Counted from the first letter of the stretch, positions 1 to 9,483 are shown. The stretch: 64,000 bases of DNA from an uncultured Aliarcobacter sp. (GCA_963664305.2 CAXXLV010000002.1:1024001-1088000), one strand, 5' to 3'. Notes: generated by a model not told the origin, from the sequence alone. Numbers and translations are program-made.

Positions 1-67
1 TTTTCATTGCTGTAATTTGTGAACCAATTCCAGAAAATGCTTCAAATAGTTTAATAAACCTACTCAT
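1..67 (-). CDS. DNA (cytosine-5)-methyltransferase, 5' end only (runs off the window)
   Basis: Manual translation from ATG at 67: MSRFIKLFEAFSGIGSQITAMK, containing C5-MTase motif I (FxGxG) at the N-terminus; GAGG RBS upstream. Not in the ORF track. Confidence 0.8.
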   Translation of the reverse strand, partial: MSRFIKLFEAFSGIGSQITAMK

Positions 68-157
68 AATAAACCTCGTATTTATGGATATTTGAGTGGC
101 ATTCTAGTAATATAACTATCGGCAATCTTGTTGGATTTTTAATTTAAAAGGATTAAT

Positions 158-166
158 TGTTATAAT
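158..166 (+). promoter_or_regulatory. Putative extended -10 promoter for ORF 204..1184
   Basis: TGTTATAAT matches TGnTATAAT ~40 bp upstream of a TTG start with AAGGAG RBS. Confidence 0.5.
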
Positions 167-203
167 TGATTTATTTATTTATTTAAAAAAAAGAAGGAGT
201 ATT

Positions 204-1184
204 TTGGCTAAAGAAATTACCAATGAAGAGGATATGTTTAGAGAGATTTTAAAGTATTTTCTAACTACACAAAAAACTGATAGTCAAAAAAATTTAAGAA
301 AAAAATATTGTAAAGAGAATTCAACTTTATTAGAGTATTTTCGTAGAGCATGGACGATTTATTCCGTACTAGAAATTATTGTAGATGATAAAATTAATAT
401 TATTTATAAAAATTCTACAACTTTAGAAATATCAAAAGTCAATTATATAATCGACTTAATATATGATTCTATAAGAAGATTTCAATATGAATATAAAACA
501 ATGCATCCAATTTTAGATTCTTCAAATTTGAAAAAATCTCGCTATACATTAAAAAGTGATGAAGATATAAAAAATGAGTTTAAAGTGAAAGGAACAGGAA
601 ATGAAGAAGAAAGAATAGAAGCAGATATAATAATAAAAGAAATAATTGAATATAAAAATGAAATGATGATTAGTTTAAATCAATTAAAAAGTTCCATATC
701 CAATATCTTAAATAGGACTATTAATTCTTCACTTGAATATATTCCTGATACAAATTATAAAAATATACCTAATCCAATTTATGTTGAAAACCATCCAACT
801 AATCGTTATGTTTTTAAAGATGTACTTTATAAAATTTTGAAAGATGATGATTGTATTAAGGTAAATGATACACAATATATTTCAGATGCTGATATTTTAG
901 AAATAATTGAACAATACAATGGAATAAAAGGCTATATTAATTCCGATACATATAGTAGGAACCATATCTTAATGACAACTTTAGATTTTCTTAAAGCTTT
1001 AGACATAATAAAAGATTCAAAAAATCCATATGAGGTTGTTCCATTTAAAGATAGAGAATGGAAATTAGATGCTTTAACTAAAGTTGATACAATCGAAAAA
1101 ATTTTAAAAAACTTGGATAAAGTCAAAACATTAACAAAAGAACAGAAAAAATATGTTTATGAAATATTCCAATTTACTTTTTAA
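204..1184 (+). CDS. Hypothetical protein (326 aa), divergent from the methyltransferase
   Basis: Long ORF, AAGGAG RBS before TTG; no recognisable motif. Confidence 0.7.
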   Translation: MAKEITNEEDMFREILKYFLTTQKTDSQKNLRKKYCKENSTLLEYFRRAWTIYSVLEIIVDDKINIIYKNSTTLEISKVNYIIDLIYDSIRRFQYEYKTMHPILDSSNLKKSRYTLKSDEDIKNEFKVKGTGNEEERIEADIIIKEIIEYKNEMMISLNQLKSSISNILNRTINSSLEYIPDTNYKNIPNPIYVENHPTNRYVFKDVLYKILKDDDCIKVNDTQYISDADILEIIEQYNGIKGYINSDTYSRNHILMTTLDFLKALDIIKDSKNPYEVVPFKDREWKLDALTKVDTIEKILKNLDKVKTLTKEQKKYVYEIFQFTF

Positions 1185-1267
1185 ATGTAAAAGTTCAAAA
1201 TCAATATATAACCATAATTTAGATACTATACACACTTTAAAAAATTAGAAATTATGTGTGGTTATGG

Positions 1268-1333
1268 AAGTATGACATATTTTAAAAAATATGACACAAA
1301 AAAATATTTTCCATAAAAGTATGATACAAAAAA
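1268..1333. repeat. Three imperfect direct repeats AARTATGAYA
   Basis: TATGACA at 1271 and 1290, TATGATA at 1320; AATATGACACAAAA at 1288-1301 recurs at 1443-1456 inside uup. Confidence 0.55.
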
Positions 1334-1408
1334 GCAAATTTTAAGCAAAAAACATAACTACTAATTATATAAATAAAGCACCATTATATGGGGAGTATAT
1401 AAAATTAA

Positions 1409-3358
1409 ATGGCACTAATAGACTTACAAAACATTTCAAAACAATATGACACAAAAGTTATTTTAAAAGATGCTAACTTTACATTAAATCAAGGGCAAAG
1501 AATTGCTGTTATTGGTCAAAATGGACAAGGAAAATCAACACTTTTTAAAATAATTATGAGAGACGTTGAACCAGATAGTGGAGAGATGGCTATTGATAAA
1601 TCTTTAAAAATTGAAATGCTTGACCAACAACCAAAATTTAAAGCAAATCTAAATGTAAGAGATGCAATTGAAAATCAATTAACAGAATTAAAAACTGCCA
1701 AAAATGATTATGAAAAAATCACAAATCAACTAATGACTGATTATGAAAATGAAGAGCTTATTAGAAAACAAAGTGAACTTGCTTCTTTTTTAGAATTTCA
1801 TAACGCTTGGGATTTAGACAATATGATAGAAAGAGTTTTAGTTGAGTTTCAATTAAAACAATATGAATTTAAAGATGTAAACCTTTTAAGTGGAGGAGAA
1901 CAGCGTCGAGTTAGTCTTGCAGGATTAATTCTAAAAAAACCAGATGTTTTACTTTTAGATGAGCCTACAAACCACCTTGATGTTTATATGGTTGAATTTT
2001 TAGAACAACTTTTACTAAAAAATAATTTCACTCTACTTTTTATCTCTCACGATAGATATTTTATCGATAATATTGCAACAAGTGTTGTTGAAGTTGATGG
2101 TGGAGTTTTAAGAAGATTTAATGGTGGTTATTCTTCATACTTAGAACAAAAAGCTCAAATATTAGAGAATATGCAAAAAGAGCATGAAAATTTACTTAGA
2201 ATGGTAAAAAGAGAAGCTCATTGGATGCAACATGGAATTACTGCAAGAAGAAAAAGAAATGAAAGAAGAAAATCTGAATATTTTGATTTAAAACAAAAAG
2301 CTCGTTCAAATCCTGCAGCAATTAGAAAAATGAGTCTAGAACTGCAAAGAGAACAAAAAGCTTTTAATACAGAAGAGAAACAACAAAATAAAAGAAAAAT
2401 GCTTTATGAGCTAGATGATATATGTAAAACACTAGGAGATAAAGAGTTAATCAAAAACTTTACAACTAGAATTTTACAAAAAGACACTATTGCAATCGTT
2501 GGACCAAATGGAAGTGGAAAATCAACACTACTAAAAATCTTTATGGAAAAAATGAAAATAGATAGTGGTAATTTCAAAAAAGGTGATTTTAATATCGGCT
2601 ATTTTGACCAACAAAGAGATAGCTTAGATGACAATAAAAACTTGATGGAAACTTTCTGTCCAAATGGTGGAGATAGAGTTATTTTAGATGATGGAAGAAA
2701 TATGCATGTTTATGGTTATCTAAAGAACTTTTTATTTCCAAGAGAGTATCTTGATAAAAAAGTTGGTGTTTTAAGTGGTGGAGAAAAAAATAGAGTTGCC
2801 CTTGCCCTACTTTTTACTAGAAAAGTTGATTGTTTAATCCTAGATGAGCCTACAAATGATTTGGATATTCCAACGATTAATATTTTAGAAGAGTATTTAC
2901 AAAACTTCCAAGGTGCCTTAATCTTTGTATCTCATGATAGATATTTTGTAGATAAAATTGCTAAAAAACTTTTTGTATTCCAAGGAAATGGAAATATTAT
3001 GGAAAGTTTCCAACCTTATACTGAATATTTAGAGATTGAAAAAGAGTTAAAAGACCTTAGTTCACTTGAAAGTGAGATTTCAAAAGAAAGTAACACACCA
3101 AAAGTTACACAAACTGCAAAAAAGCAAACTAAACTTTCATATAAAGATCAAAGGGAATATGATTTGCTTCCTAAAGAGATTGAAGATTTAGAGCAAAAAC
3201 TAGAAAGTATAAATGCATGTTTAATGGATCCAAAATGTTACGAACAAAAAGGAATTGTTGCCATGTCAAAAGAGCTTGAAGAAACAAAAGAAATTTATGA
3301 ACAAAAAGTAGAAAGATTTTTAGAATTAGAAGAGTTAGTAGAAAGCTTTAATTCATAA
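1409..3358 (+). CDS. uup: ABC-F family ATPase, Uup-like
   Basis: Two ABC domains (GQNGQGKST, GPNGSGKST; LSGGE x2; LDEPTN x2), no TM helices, C-terminal KLSYK..RE coiled coil. Confidence 0.9.
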   Translation: MALIDLQNISKQYDTKVILKDANFTLNQGQRIAVIGQNGQGKSTLFKIIMRDVEPDSGEMAIDKSLKIEMLDQQPKFKANLNVRDAIENQLTELKTAKNDYEKITNQLMTDYENEELIRKQSELASFLEFHNAWDLDNMIERVLVEFQLKQYEFKDVNLLSGGEQRRVSLAGLILKKPDVLLLDEPTNHLDVYMVEFLEQLLLKNNFTLLFISHDRYFIDNIATSVVEVDGGVLRRFNGGYSSYLEQKAQILENMQKEHENLLRMVKREAHWMQHGITARRKRNERRKSEYFDLKQKARSNPAAIRKMSLELQREQKAFNTEEKQQNKRKMLYELDDICKTLGDKELIKNFTTRILQKDTIAIVGPNGSGKSTLLKIFMEKMKIDSGNFKKGDFNIGYFDQQRDSLDDNKNLMETFCPNGGDRVILDDGRNMHVYGYLKNFLFPREYLDKKVGVLSGGEKNRVALALLFTRKVDCLILDEPTNDLDIPTINILEEYLQNFQGALIFVSHDRYFVDKIAKKLFVFQGNGNIMESFQPYTEYLEIEKELKDLSSLESEISKESNTPKVTQTAKKQTKLSYKDQREYDLLPKEIEDLEQKLESINACLMDPKCYEQKGIVAMSKELEETKEIYEQKVERFLELEELVESFNS

Positions 3359-3404
3359 AAAGATATAATATTTAATTACATTAATAACAATAACAAGGAA
3401 TCAA

Positions 3405-3848
3405 ATGAGTCTAAAAGAACAATTAAATGAAGATTTAAAAACTGCAATGAGAAACAAAGAAGTTGTAAAAAGAGATTCAATTAGAGCTATTAACACAATG
3501 ATTAAACAAATTGAAGTTGATGAGAGAAAAGAGTTAAATGACGAAGATGTTATTAAACTAATTCAAAAAGGAATTAAACAAAGAGAAGAAGCTATTTCTC
3601 AATATAAAGCTGCTTCAAGAGATGATTTAGTTCAAAAAGAACAAGAACAAGTTGATGTATTTATGTTATATCTTCCAAAACAACTAAGTGATGAAGAACT
3701 AGAAGCTGGAATGAAAGAAATCATAGCTGAAACAGGTGCAACATCAGTTAAAGATATGGGTAAAGTTATGGGAGCTGCAACTAAAAAATTTGCAGGTGTA
3801 GCAGATGGAAAAAGAATCAACGAAATGGTTAAAAAACTTTTAGCATAA
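3405..3848 (+). CDS. GatB/YqeY domain protein
   Basis: LKTAMR...YLPKQLS...KDMGKVMG...ADGKRI signature. Confidence 0.92.
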   Translation: MSLKEQLNEDLKTAMRNKEVVKRDSIRAINTMIKQIEVDERKELNDEDVIKLIQKGIKQREEAISQYKAASRDDLVQKEQEQVDVFMLYLPKQLSDEELEAGMKEIIAETGATSVKDMGKVMGAATKKFAGVADGKRINEMVKKLLA

Positions 3849-3874
3849 AACATTAATATAAACTAGGACAACTG

Positions 3875-5002
3875 ATGAGTATGGAATTTGAGAATATTTT
3901 AAATCTATTAAATGACCAAGAAAAGAGTATAGTAAAATCAGATAATATTGATTCTCCTATCAAATTAATTCCCCTTTTATTAAAAAGAGTTCATCCTTCT
4001 AATGTACATGTTTTAGCAATGATTATCAAACAATCTTTGCTTCCTTCAATTTGTGAAAAAACAAATGAAGAGATAGATAAACTTTTTGCACAAATTGATA
4101 AAGAGCCTAATCTTTTATTTGATAAAGATGTTCAACAAAAAATTGAAGAGTTCACTACAAAAAGATTTGAAAGAGATAAACAAGTAGTTATTGAAAGAAC
4201 TTCTGATATTTCAAAACTTGTAATACTTATGGAAGATTACTTAAATGAAGCTATTTCAAGTAGTGGTTCTGGAAGTAAAAATGTTTTAAATATAAAAGGG
4301 AAAATTGAAGCTATTAAAATCAATGAAAATGGTTTAGAAGCCCTTACAAAATTACAAAATGAATTAATTAGTGCAGCTAATTCAATTGAAAAAGAGATGA
4401 ATAATGTTTCTACAAAATTAGAATCTGGAAAATCTAAAATTCAAGAACTTGAAGAAAAAGTTAAAACATTAGAAGATGAATTAACAAGAACTAAAACTGA
4501 AAATATGAAAGACCATTTAACTGGTCTTTTAACAAGAAAAGCATTTAGTGATGAAGTAAAAAGAATTGAAAGTTCTTATGTAAGAATAAATACTCAATAT
4601 GCAGTTGTTTTCTTTGATTTAGACCATTTTAAAACTTTAAATGACACATATGGACATGAATGTGGAGATGTTGTACTTTCTACTTTTGGGAAAATTTTAA
4701 ATAAAAGTGTAAGAGATATTGATATTGTTGGAAGATATGGTGGAGAAGAGTTTATTGCTATTATTCATTTTAATCTAAACAGAGAATTATTACAATTTTT
4801 AAAAAGAATAAAAACAATAGTTACTGAAAATAGCTTTTTATACAAAGACAAAAAAATAAAAGTTACTTTCTCTGCTGGAGTAGCTATAAGAAGTAGTTAT
4901 CCAACTTATGAAAACACTTTACAAAAAGCTGATATGCTTTTATACCAAGCAAAAGAATCTGGTAGAAATAAAATCATATTAGAAAATGGAATGGAAATCT
5001 AA
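3875..5002 (+). CDS. Diguanylate cyclase (coiled coil + GGDEF domain)
   Basis: DHLTGL, DLDHFK.LND.YGH, GRYGGEEF; RxxD I-site (RDID) present. Confidence 0.92.
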   Translation: MSMEFENILNLLNDQEKSIVKSDNIDSPIKLIPLLLKRVHPSNVHVLAMIIKQSLLPSICEKTNEEIDKLFAQIDKEPNLLFDKDVQQKIEEFTTKRFERDKQVVIERTSDISKLVILMEDYLNEAISSSGSGSKNVLNIKGKIEAIKINENGLEALTKLQNELISAANSIEKEMNNVSTKLESGKSKIQELEEKVKTLEDELTRTKTENMKDHLTGLLTRKAFSDEVKRIESSYVRINTQYAVVFFDLDHFKTLNDTYGHECGDVVLSTFGKILNKSVRDIDIVGRYGGEEFIAIIHFNLNRELLQFLKRIKTIVTENSFLYKDKKIKVTFSAGVAIRSSYPTYENTLQKADMLLYQAKESGRNKIILENGMEI

Positions 5003-5013
5003 TAAATAGACTC

Positions 5014-5577
5014 TTACGCTCTATAAGCCATATTAGCGTAAGAAAAGTCTATTTTATTTATATACCTTACTTGACTACTTTTTCTTAAAGCATTTCTTTC
5101 AATCTCTTTTCTATTTTTACAAATATATTCCAATAAAGCTAAATCTTGTTTTTGAATCAAATTTAAAAGTGTTAATTTCATTGAAGTAACTATTTCAAAA
5201 TTTTTACTTGTTTCATTTCTTTCAAATAGTTCTTTATCTGATTTGTATATGACTTCTGCAATTTTTTCTATAACTATTTTATTGTTGTTTTCTTCATATA
5301 TTTTTTCTAATAAAATCAAAAGATTTTTTGCTATTTTAAAATTTGTAATATGTTTTACTGTTTTATAAAATTTAATTGCTAAGTCAAAAAATTGAGGTTG
5401 ATTTCCCAATTCTTCTATTTTATTTATCTTTCCCGTTTTAATAAACTCTTCTAGTTCATTATTTGTAAAGGCATAATTTAATAAATCAAAGATTTTTCTT
5501 TTATCTTGTTTTGTCCATTTGTAGTATGTTGGTGATGAAAACTCAAAAAGTTCAGTCATAATCTTTTCTCGTGTCAT
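5014..5577 (-). CDS. Hypothetical protein, possible N-terminal HTH-like segment
   Basis: 187-aa ORF with AAGGA RBS; LFEFSSPTYYKW resembles an HTH recognition helix. Confidence 0.65.
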   Translation of the reverse strand: MTREKIMTELFEFSSPTYYKWTKQDKRKIFDLLNYAFTNNELEEFIKTGKINKIEELGNQPQFFDLAIKFYKTVKHITNFKIAKNLLILLEKIYEENNNKIVIEKIAEVIYKSDKELFERNETSKNFEIVTSMKLTLLNLIQKQDLALLEYICKNRKEIERNALRKSSQVRYINKIDFSYANMAYRA

Positions 5578-5650
5578 TACACTTTTCCTTAAAATTAATT
5601 TTGAAATATCATTATATATATAAATATATAACGATAAGATAAAAAAAAAA

Positions 5651-6790
5651 TTAAAATGTATACATAAAAGAACTACCTTTATTTAATTGCGAATTAACCT
5701 CAACTTTTATTTTATTTTTATTACAAATATTTTTAACTATACTAAGCCCTATTCCAAAACCTCCAGTTATTTTATCACCTCTAAAATACCTTTCAAAAAT
5801 TTTTGAAGTATCTTTTATACCAACACCTTCATCTTGAAAAATTAGTCTTATAGAGTTTTCTTCTTTTTTTAAAGTTACAGTAATATTTGAACTATCTTTT
5901 GAGTATTTTATTGCATTTGAAAGATTGTTATCTATAATTCTATAAAGTTCTATTTCATTGAAATTTATAAAAATATTTGGCTCTATGAATTTATGAAAAG
6001 TTATATTTTTTGAAATTGCTAAATCATTAAAAAACTCAACTCTTTTTTCTAAAAATATAGAAAAATCTATATCTCTTTTTTCATCTTTTACAGCATTTTG
6101 TTGCATGTAATACTCTAAATCTTCATAAATAACTGTCATATTTTTTAGAGCTGATTTTATTCTTAGAATATTTTTATCATTTTTAAGCCGAAGTTGAAGC
6201 ATATCAACATTTATTCTAGCTACACCAATCGGGGTTTTTAATTCATGCATTGCATCTTTTAAAAATTCATCTAAATATTGATTTAATTTTTTATATGGCT
6301 CTATACTTTGTTTAATGATAAAAAACGATGATAAGAAGATAAAAAAGCTTATAGTTAAAAGCAAAATTATTGCATTGTAAATAACTTGAGAATTATCAAT
6401 CTCTTTACACACAATTAAAGTTCTAGCTTTTAAAATATTTTCTAATAAATACTCTTTATAACAAAGTTCATTTTGATTGTTTTGGAATTCTTCATTAAAT
6501 AGATTATTTTTATTTTTTAACAATGAAAATATTTCTTTATTATCTTTATCAAAAATTGCTGAAGTAAAAATATTTGACCTTGGATAATAAAATATTTCAC
6601 TATTCTCTTTTTCAAAATTATCTATTTTTAAAATAATTGAATTTGCATAATTTTTTAAATCCATTTTATCTTTTATGAATTGATTTTCAAAAGATGCATC
6701 CAAATAAAAATATATTGGAATAAAGGCAATAAATAGGGTTAAAATTACTTGGATTAAAATATATTTTATTTCATATTTATTGTTTATCAA
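5651..6790 (-). CDS. Sensor histidine kinase
   Basis: Two TM helices, H-box MHELKTP, N-box NNLSNAIKYS, DEGVGI, GFGIGL. Confidence 0.93.
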   Translation of the reverse strand: MINNKYEIKYILIQVILTLFIAFIPIYFYLDASFENQFIKDKMDLKNYANSIILKIDNFEKENSEIFYYPRSNIFTSAIFDKDNKEIFSLLKNKNNLFNEEFQNNQNELCYKEYLLENILKARTLIVCKEIDNSQVIYNAIILLLTISFFIFLSSFFIIKQSIEPYKKLNQYLDEFLKDAMHELKTPIGVARINVDMLQLRLKNDKNILRIKSALKNMTVIYEDLEYYMQQNAVKDEKRDIDFSIFLEKRVEFFNDLAISKNITFHKFIEPNIFINFNEIELYRIIDNNLSNAIKYSKDSSNITVTLKKEENSIRLIFQDEGVGIKDTSKIFERYFRGDKITGGFGIGLSIVKNICNKNKIKVEVNSQLNKGSSFMYTF

Positions 6791-7439
6791 TCTTATATCC
6801 TACAAATCTTTTTGTTTTTATAAAATCTTTTCCTGTTTTTTCTCTAATTCTTTTTATACACATTCTGATATCGGAATATGAGATTTCTTTACTCTCCCAA
6901 ATTCTTTCATGTAGAGTTTCTATGGATACAAAAAACCCTCTATTTAAAATCAAAAATGCAACTAATTCACTCTCTTTTTGTGTTAAATCTACTAAATTTT
7001 CATTTTTATATAAAACAGATTTTTTAACATCAAATTTAAAATCAAAAGGTAAAATAACTATATCTTCATTTGTTTTAAAACTTTTTTTAATAAGTTGTTC
7101 AATCCTAAATTTCAACTCTATCATATCAAAAGGTTTTCTAATATAATCATTACAACCTAACTCATAACCACGACTTAAATCAGAAATATCTGTCAATGAA
7201 GTTAATATTATGATTGGAACATCCATTTTTTCTTTTCTTACATAATCAACTAAAGAAAAACCATCCATTCCAGAAACTCTGATATCTAAAAGTAATAAAT
7301 CATAACTATTTTCAAATATTGCATTTAAAGCATCATCACCATTTTCAAAATCATCAACATAAAAATCTAACTCTTCTAAAAACTCTTTTATTGAGATTTT
7401 ATACAAATAGTCATCTTCTAATAGTAAAATTTTTATCAT
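6777..7439 (-). CDS. OmpR-family response regulator
   Basis: LLLEDD, LLLDI, KPF receiver motifs; C-terminal winged helix. Confidence 0.93.
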   Translation of the reverse strand: MIKILLLEDDYLYKISIKEFLEELDFYVDDFENGDDALNAIFENSYDLLLLDIRVSGMDGFSLVDYVRKEKMDVPIIILTSLTDISDLSRGYELGCNDYIRKPFDMIELKFRIEQLIKKSFKTNEDIVILPFDFKFDVKKSVLYKNENLVDLTQKESELVAFLILNRGFFVSIETLHERIWESKEISYSDIRMCIKRIREKTGKDFIKTKRFVGYKIDKQ

Positions 7440-8368
7440 TTTATTATTATCTCTCTTTTCTCTTTTTCTTCTTTATTTTTTAGAGTTGATTTTGTATTAA
7501 TCTCTCCTAAGTATTCATATTTTGGTAAATAGTTAAATTTTTGTTCATTTTTATCAAAACAAATTATCATTAAACCAACACTATTATTATCCATATTTCC
7601 AAGTGGTATTTGAGTGATTATTTTATTTTTATTTTCATAGTAGAATTTTTCATTTGATAAGTACTCTTTATTTTCTGATAAAAAATCATAAAGCTTTTTA
7701 TCGTATTCTTTTTGAATAACAACATAATCATCTAATAAAATATTATCTCTATAATATTCTGCTATTTGTAAATATTTTTTTTCTAAAAGAGGAATTATTT
7801 CAATTCCTAAATATTTCAAACGATTTTTTAAATCACTATAATCCATAATAACTTCTATCGTTCCTATATATTCTTCATTATTAAATATTGGTGAAATAGC
7901 TTTTATATTAAATCTTTTTCCTAATTCATTTGAAACAAAAGGCTCTTTAGTCTCTTTTACTTTTACTAATCCTTTTCTAAAACTCTCTAAGTTTAATCCT
8001 ATATCTTTATCTTCCCAACTTCGTACAAAAACTTTTAAATCTTTTGTATGAATTTGAACTTGAATATTGTTTTGATTTGTATATGTTTTTATATTATTTA
8101 ATAGTTTTAAAAGTTCTTCTTTTAATTCTATTGGTTTATTTTGTTCTAAATTATCTATTATATTTTGATTTTTAGCAAATAAAATAGCCAAAGATAAGGC
8201 TTGATTTTTTTGATTTGTTAACTCATTTTGTACAATTTCAATTTTATTTGATACTAAGATATCTATTTGATTTTGATGAATAATATTGTTGTATTTATTT
8301 AAGAAGTAAAGAAGTGTAATAACAACTAAAATAAAAAGAATGATGAAGTTTTTATATGTTTTACTCAT
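7436..8368 (-). CDS. Membrane-anchored Cache-domain protein without a cytoplasmic output domain
   Basis: One N-terminal TM; VQIHTKD..VFVRSW, FR.GL..V, AISPIF...YIGTIEV resemble double-Cache (dCache_3-type) sensors. Confidence 0.7.
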   Translation of the reverse strand: MSKTYKNFIILFILVVITLLYFLNKYNNIIHQNQIDILVSNKIEIVQNELTNQKNQALSLAILFAKNQNIIDNLEQNKPIELKEELLKLLNNIKTYTNQNNIQVQIHTKDLKVFVRSWEDKDIGLNLESFRKGLVKVKETKEPFVSNELGKRFNIKAISPIFNNEEYIGTIEVIMDYSDLKNRLKYLGIEIIPLLEKKYLQIAEYYRDNILLDDYVVIQKEYDKKLYDFLSENKEYLSNEKFYYENKNKIITQIPLGNMDNNSVGLMIICFDKNEQKFNYLPKYEYLGEINTKSTLKNKEEKEKREIIIK

Positions 8369-8386
8369 AAGTAATTCTAGCTAAAT

Positions 8387-8420
8387 AAAAAAGAGAATAT
8401 CCTAAGATATTCTTCTTTTT
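8387..8420 (-). terminator. Putative intrinsic terminator after tsdA
   Basis: GAATATC-CTAA-GATATTC stem with A/T tracts on both sides. Confidence 0.6.
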
Positions 8421-9413
8421 TTATTTGATTAATTTTCCAAAAGGACCTACTTGATGCTCTTTTGATTCAATTGTTGGTCTATATACATCTGGAGCTTTTA
8501 CAACATCATCAGGGAAATCATTTACTCTATTGATTTTTTCTGGTCTATAATGAGAATCCATATTTATATACGCTGCAACATTATATGCTTCTTCATCAGT
8601 TAATATTGGATTTTCTTTAGTTGCACCTAAAGGCATATTTGATTTGATAAAATCTGCTGCTTTAAGAACTCTATACATTCCTGCACCTTTGTTATAAGTA
8701 TCATCTGTTCCCCAAAGCGCTGGATACATATATCCATTTGCTTTACCTTCGTTTTTGATACCTTCACCATTCATACCATGACATGCTGCACATTGTTGTT
8801 CATAAACAACTTTTCCTTTTTCAGGGTCTGCTGCTTTTTGTTTTATCATTTTTCTATCAATTTTTGCTAATCCTCTTCCCTCTAAAGCATTAGCACCACC
8901 AACTGGAACTCCTTGGCTTAACCAGAACATATAAGCTTCCATAGCTTTCATCTCTTTACTGTCAAGTGGAAGTTTATATCCATTCATACTTCTTTCCATA
9001 CAACCGTTAATTCTATCTGCTAAAGTACCAATAGTATTCTCTCTTGGTCTATATTGTGGAAATGCTGCAAATACTCCAACAAATGGAGCTGAATAAGCTT
9101 TTGTTCCCGCATCTAAGTGACAATTTTGGCATTGGTTGTTATTTCCAGCAAATCTCATTTTTGGGTCATCAACTTCTGGACCTATATATTTTGAAGTATG
9201 AACTATAAGTTCTCTTCCATATTTTACTAAATCTCCAAATTGATTATTTGGAATTGTGTTTACATCTGGAACTTTGTATTCTAATTTCGCATCTGATTTA
9301 TAACCATTATCAGAACGTTCTTTTAAAACTTTCGCATCAAATGGAACTTCTGCTGCAATTAAAAGACTACTACTTATTGCACATAAAGTTGCAAGTTTAA
9401 TTAACTTTTTCAT
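8421..9413 (-). CDS. tsdA: Dihaem cytochrome c, thiosulfate dehydrogenase/tetrathionate reductase TsdA family
   Basis: Sec signal; CQNCH and CAACH haem motifs; RINGCMERSMNG active-site Cys motif; YPALWG, NMPLG. Confidence 0.85.
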   Translation of the reverse strand: MKKLIKLATLCAISSSLLIAAEVPFDAKVLKERSDNGYKSDAKLEYKVPDVNTIPNNQFGDLVKYGRELIVHTSKYIGPEVDDPKMRFAGNNNQCQNCHLDAGTKAYSAPFVGVFAAFPQYRPRENTIGTLADRINGCMERSMNGYKLPLDSKEMKAMEAYMFWLSQGVPVGGANALEGRGLAKIDRKMIKQKAADPEKGKVVYEQQCAACHGMNGEGIKNEGKANGYMYPALWGTDDTYNKGAGMYRVLKAADFIKSNMPLGATKENPILTDEEAYNVAAYINMDSHYRPEKINRVNDFPDDVVKAPDVYRPTIESKEHQVGPFGKLIK

Positions 9414-9483
9414 AAATAATTTCCCCCTACTATTTAGATAAGAAACTATAACATCTATATATAACTTGAAAGTAACAAAGTTG

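Noticed and set aside
1254..1316. 20-codon mini-ORF upstream of uup as a leader peptide
   Set aside because: No RBS or attenuator hairpin visible; kept only as part of the junction-repeat finding.
5641..5650. A10 homopolymer as a phase-variation tract
   Set aside because: Intergenic, directly after a stop codon in very AT-rich DNA; no poly-G/C tract was noticed in any gene.
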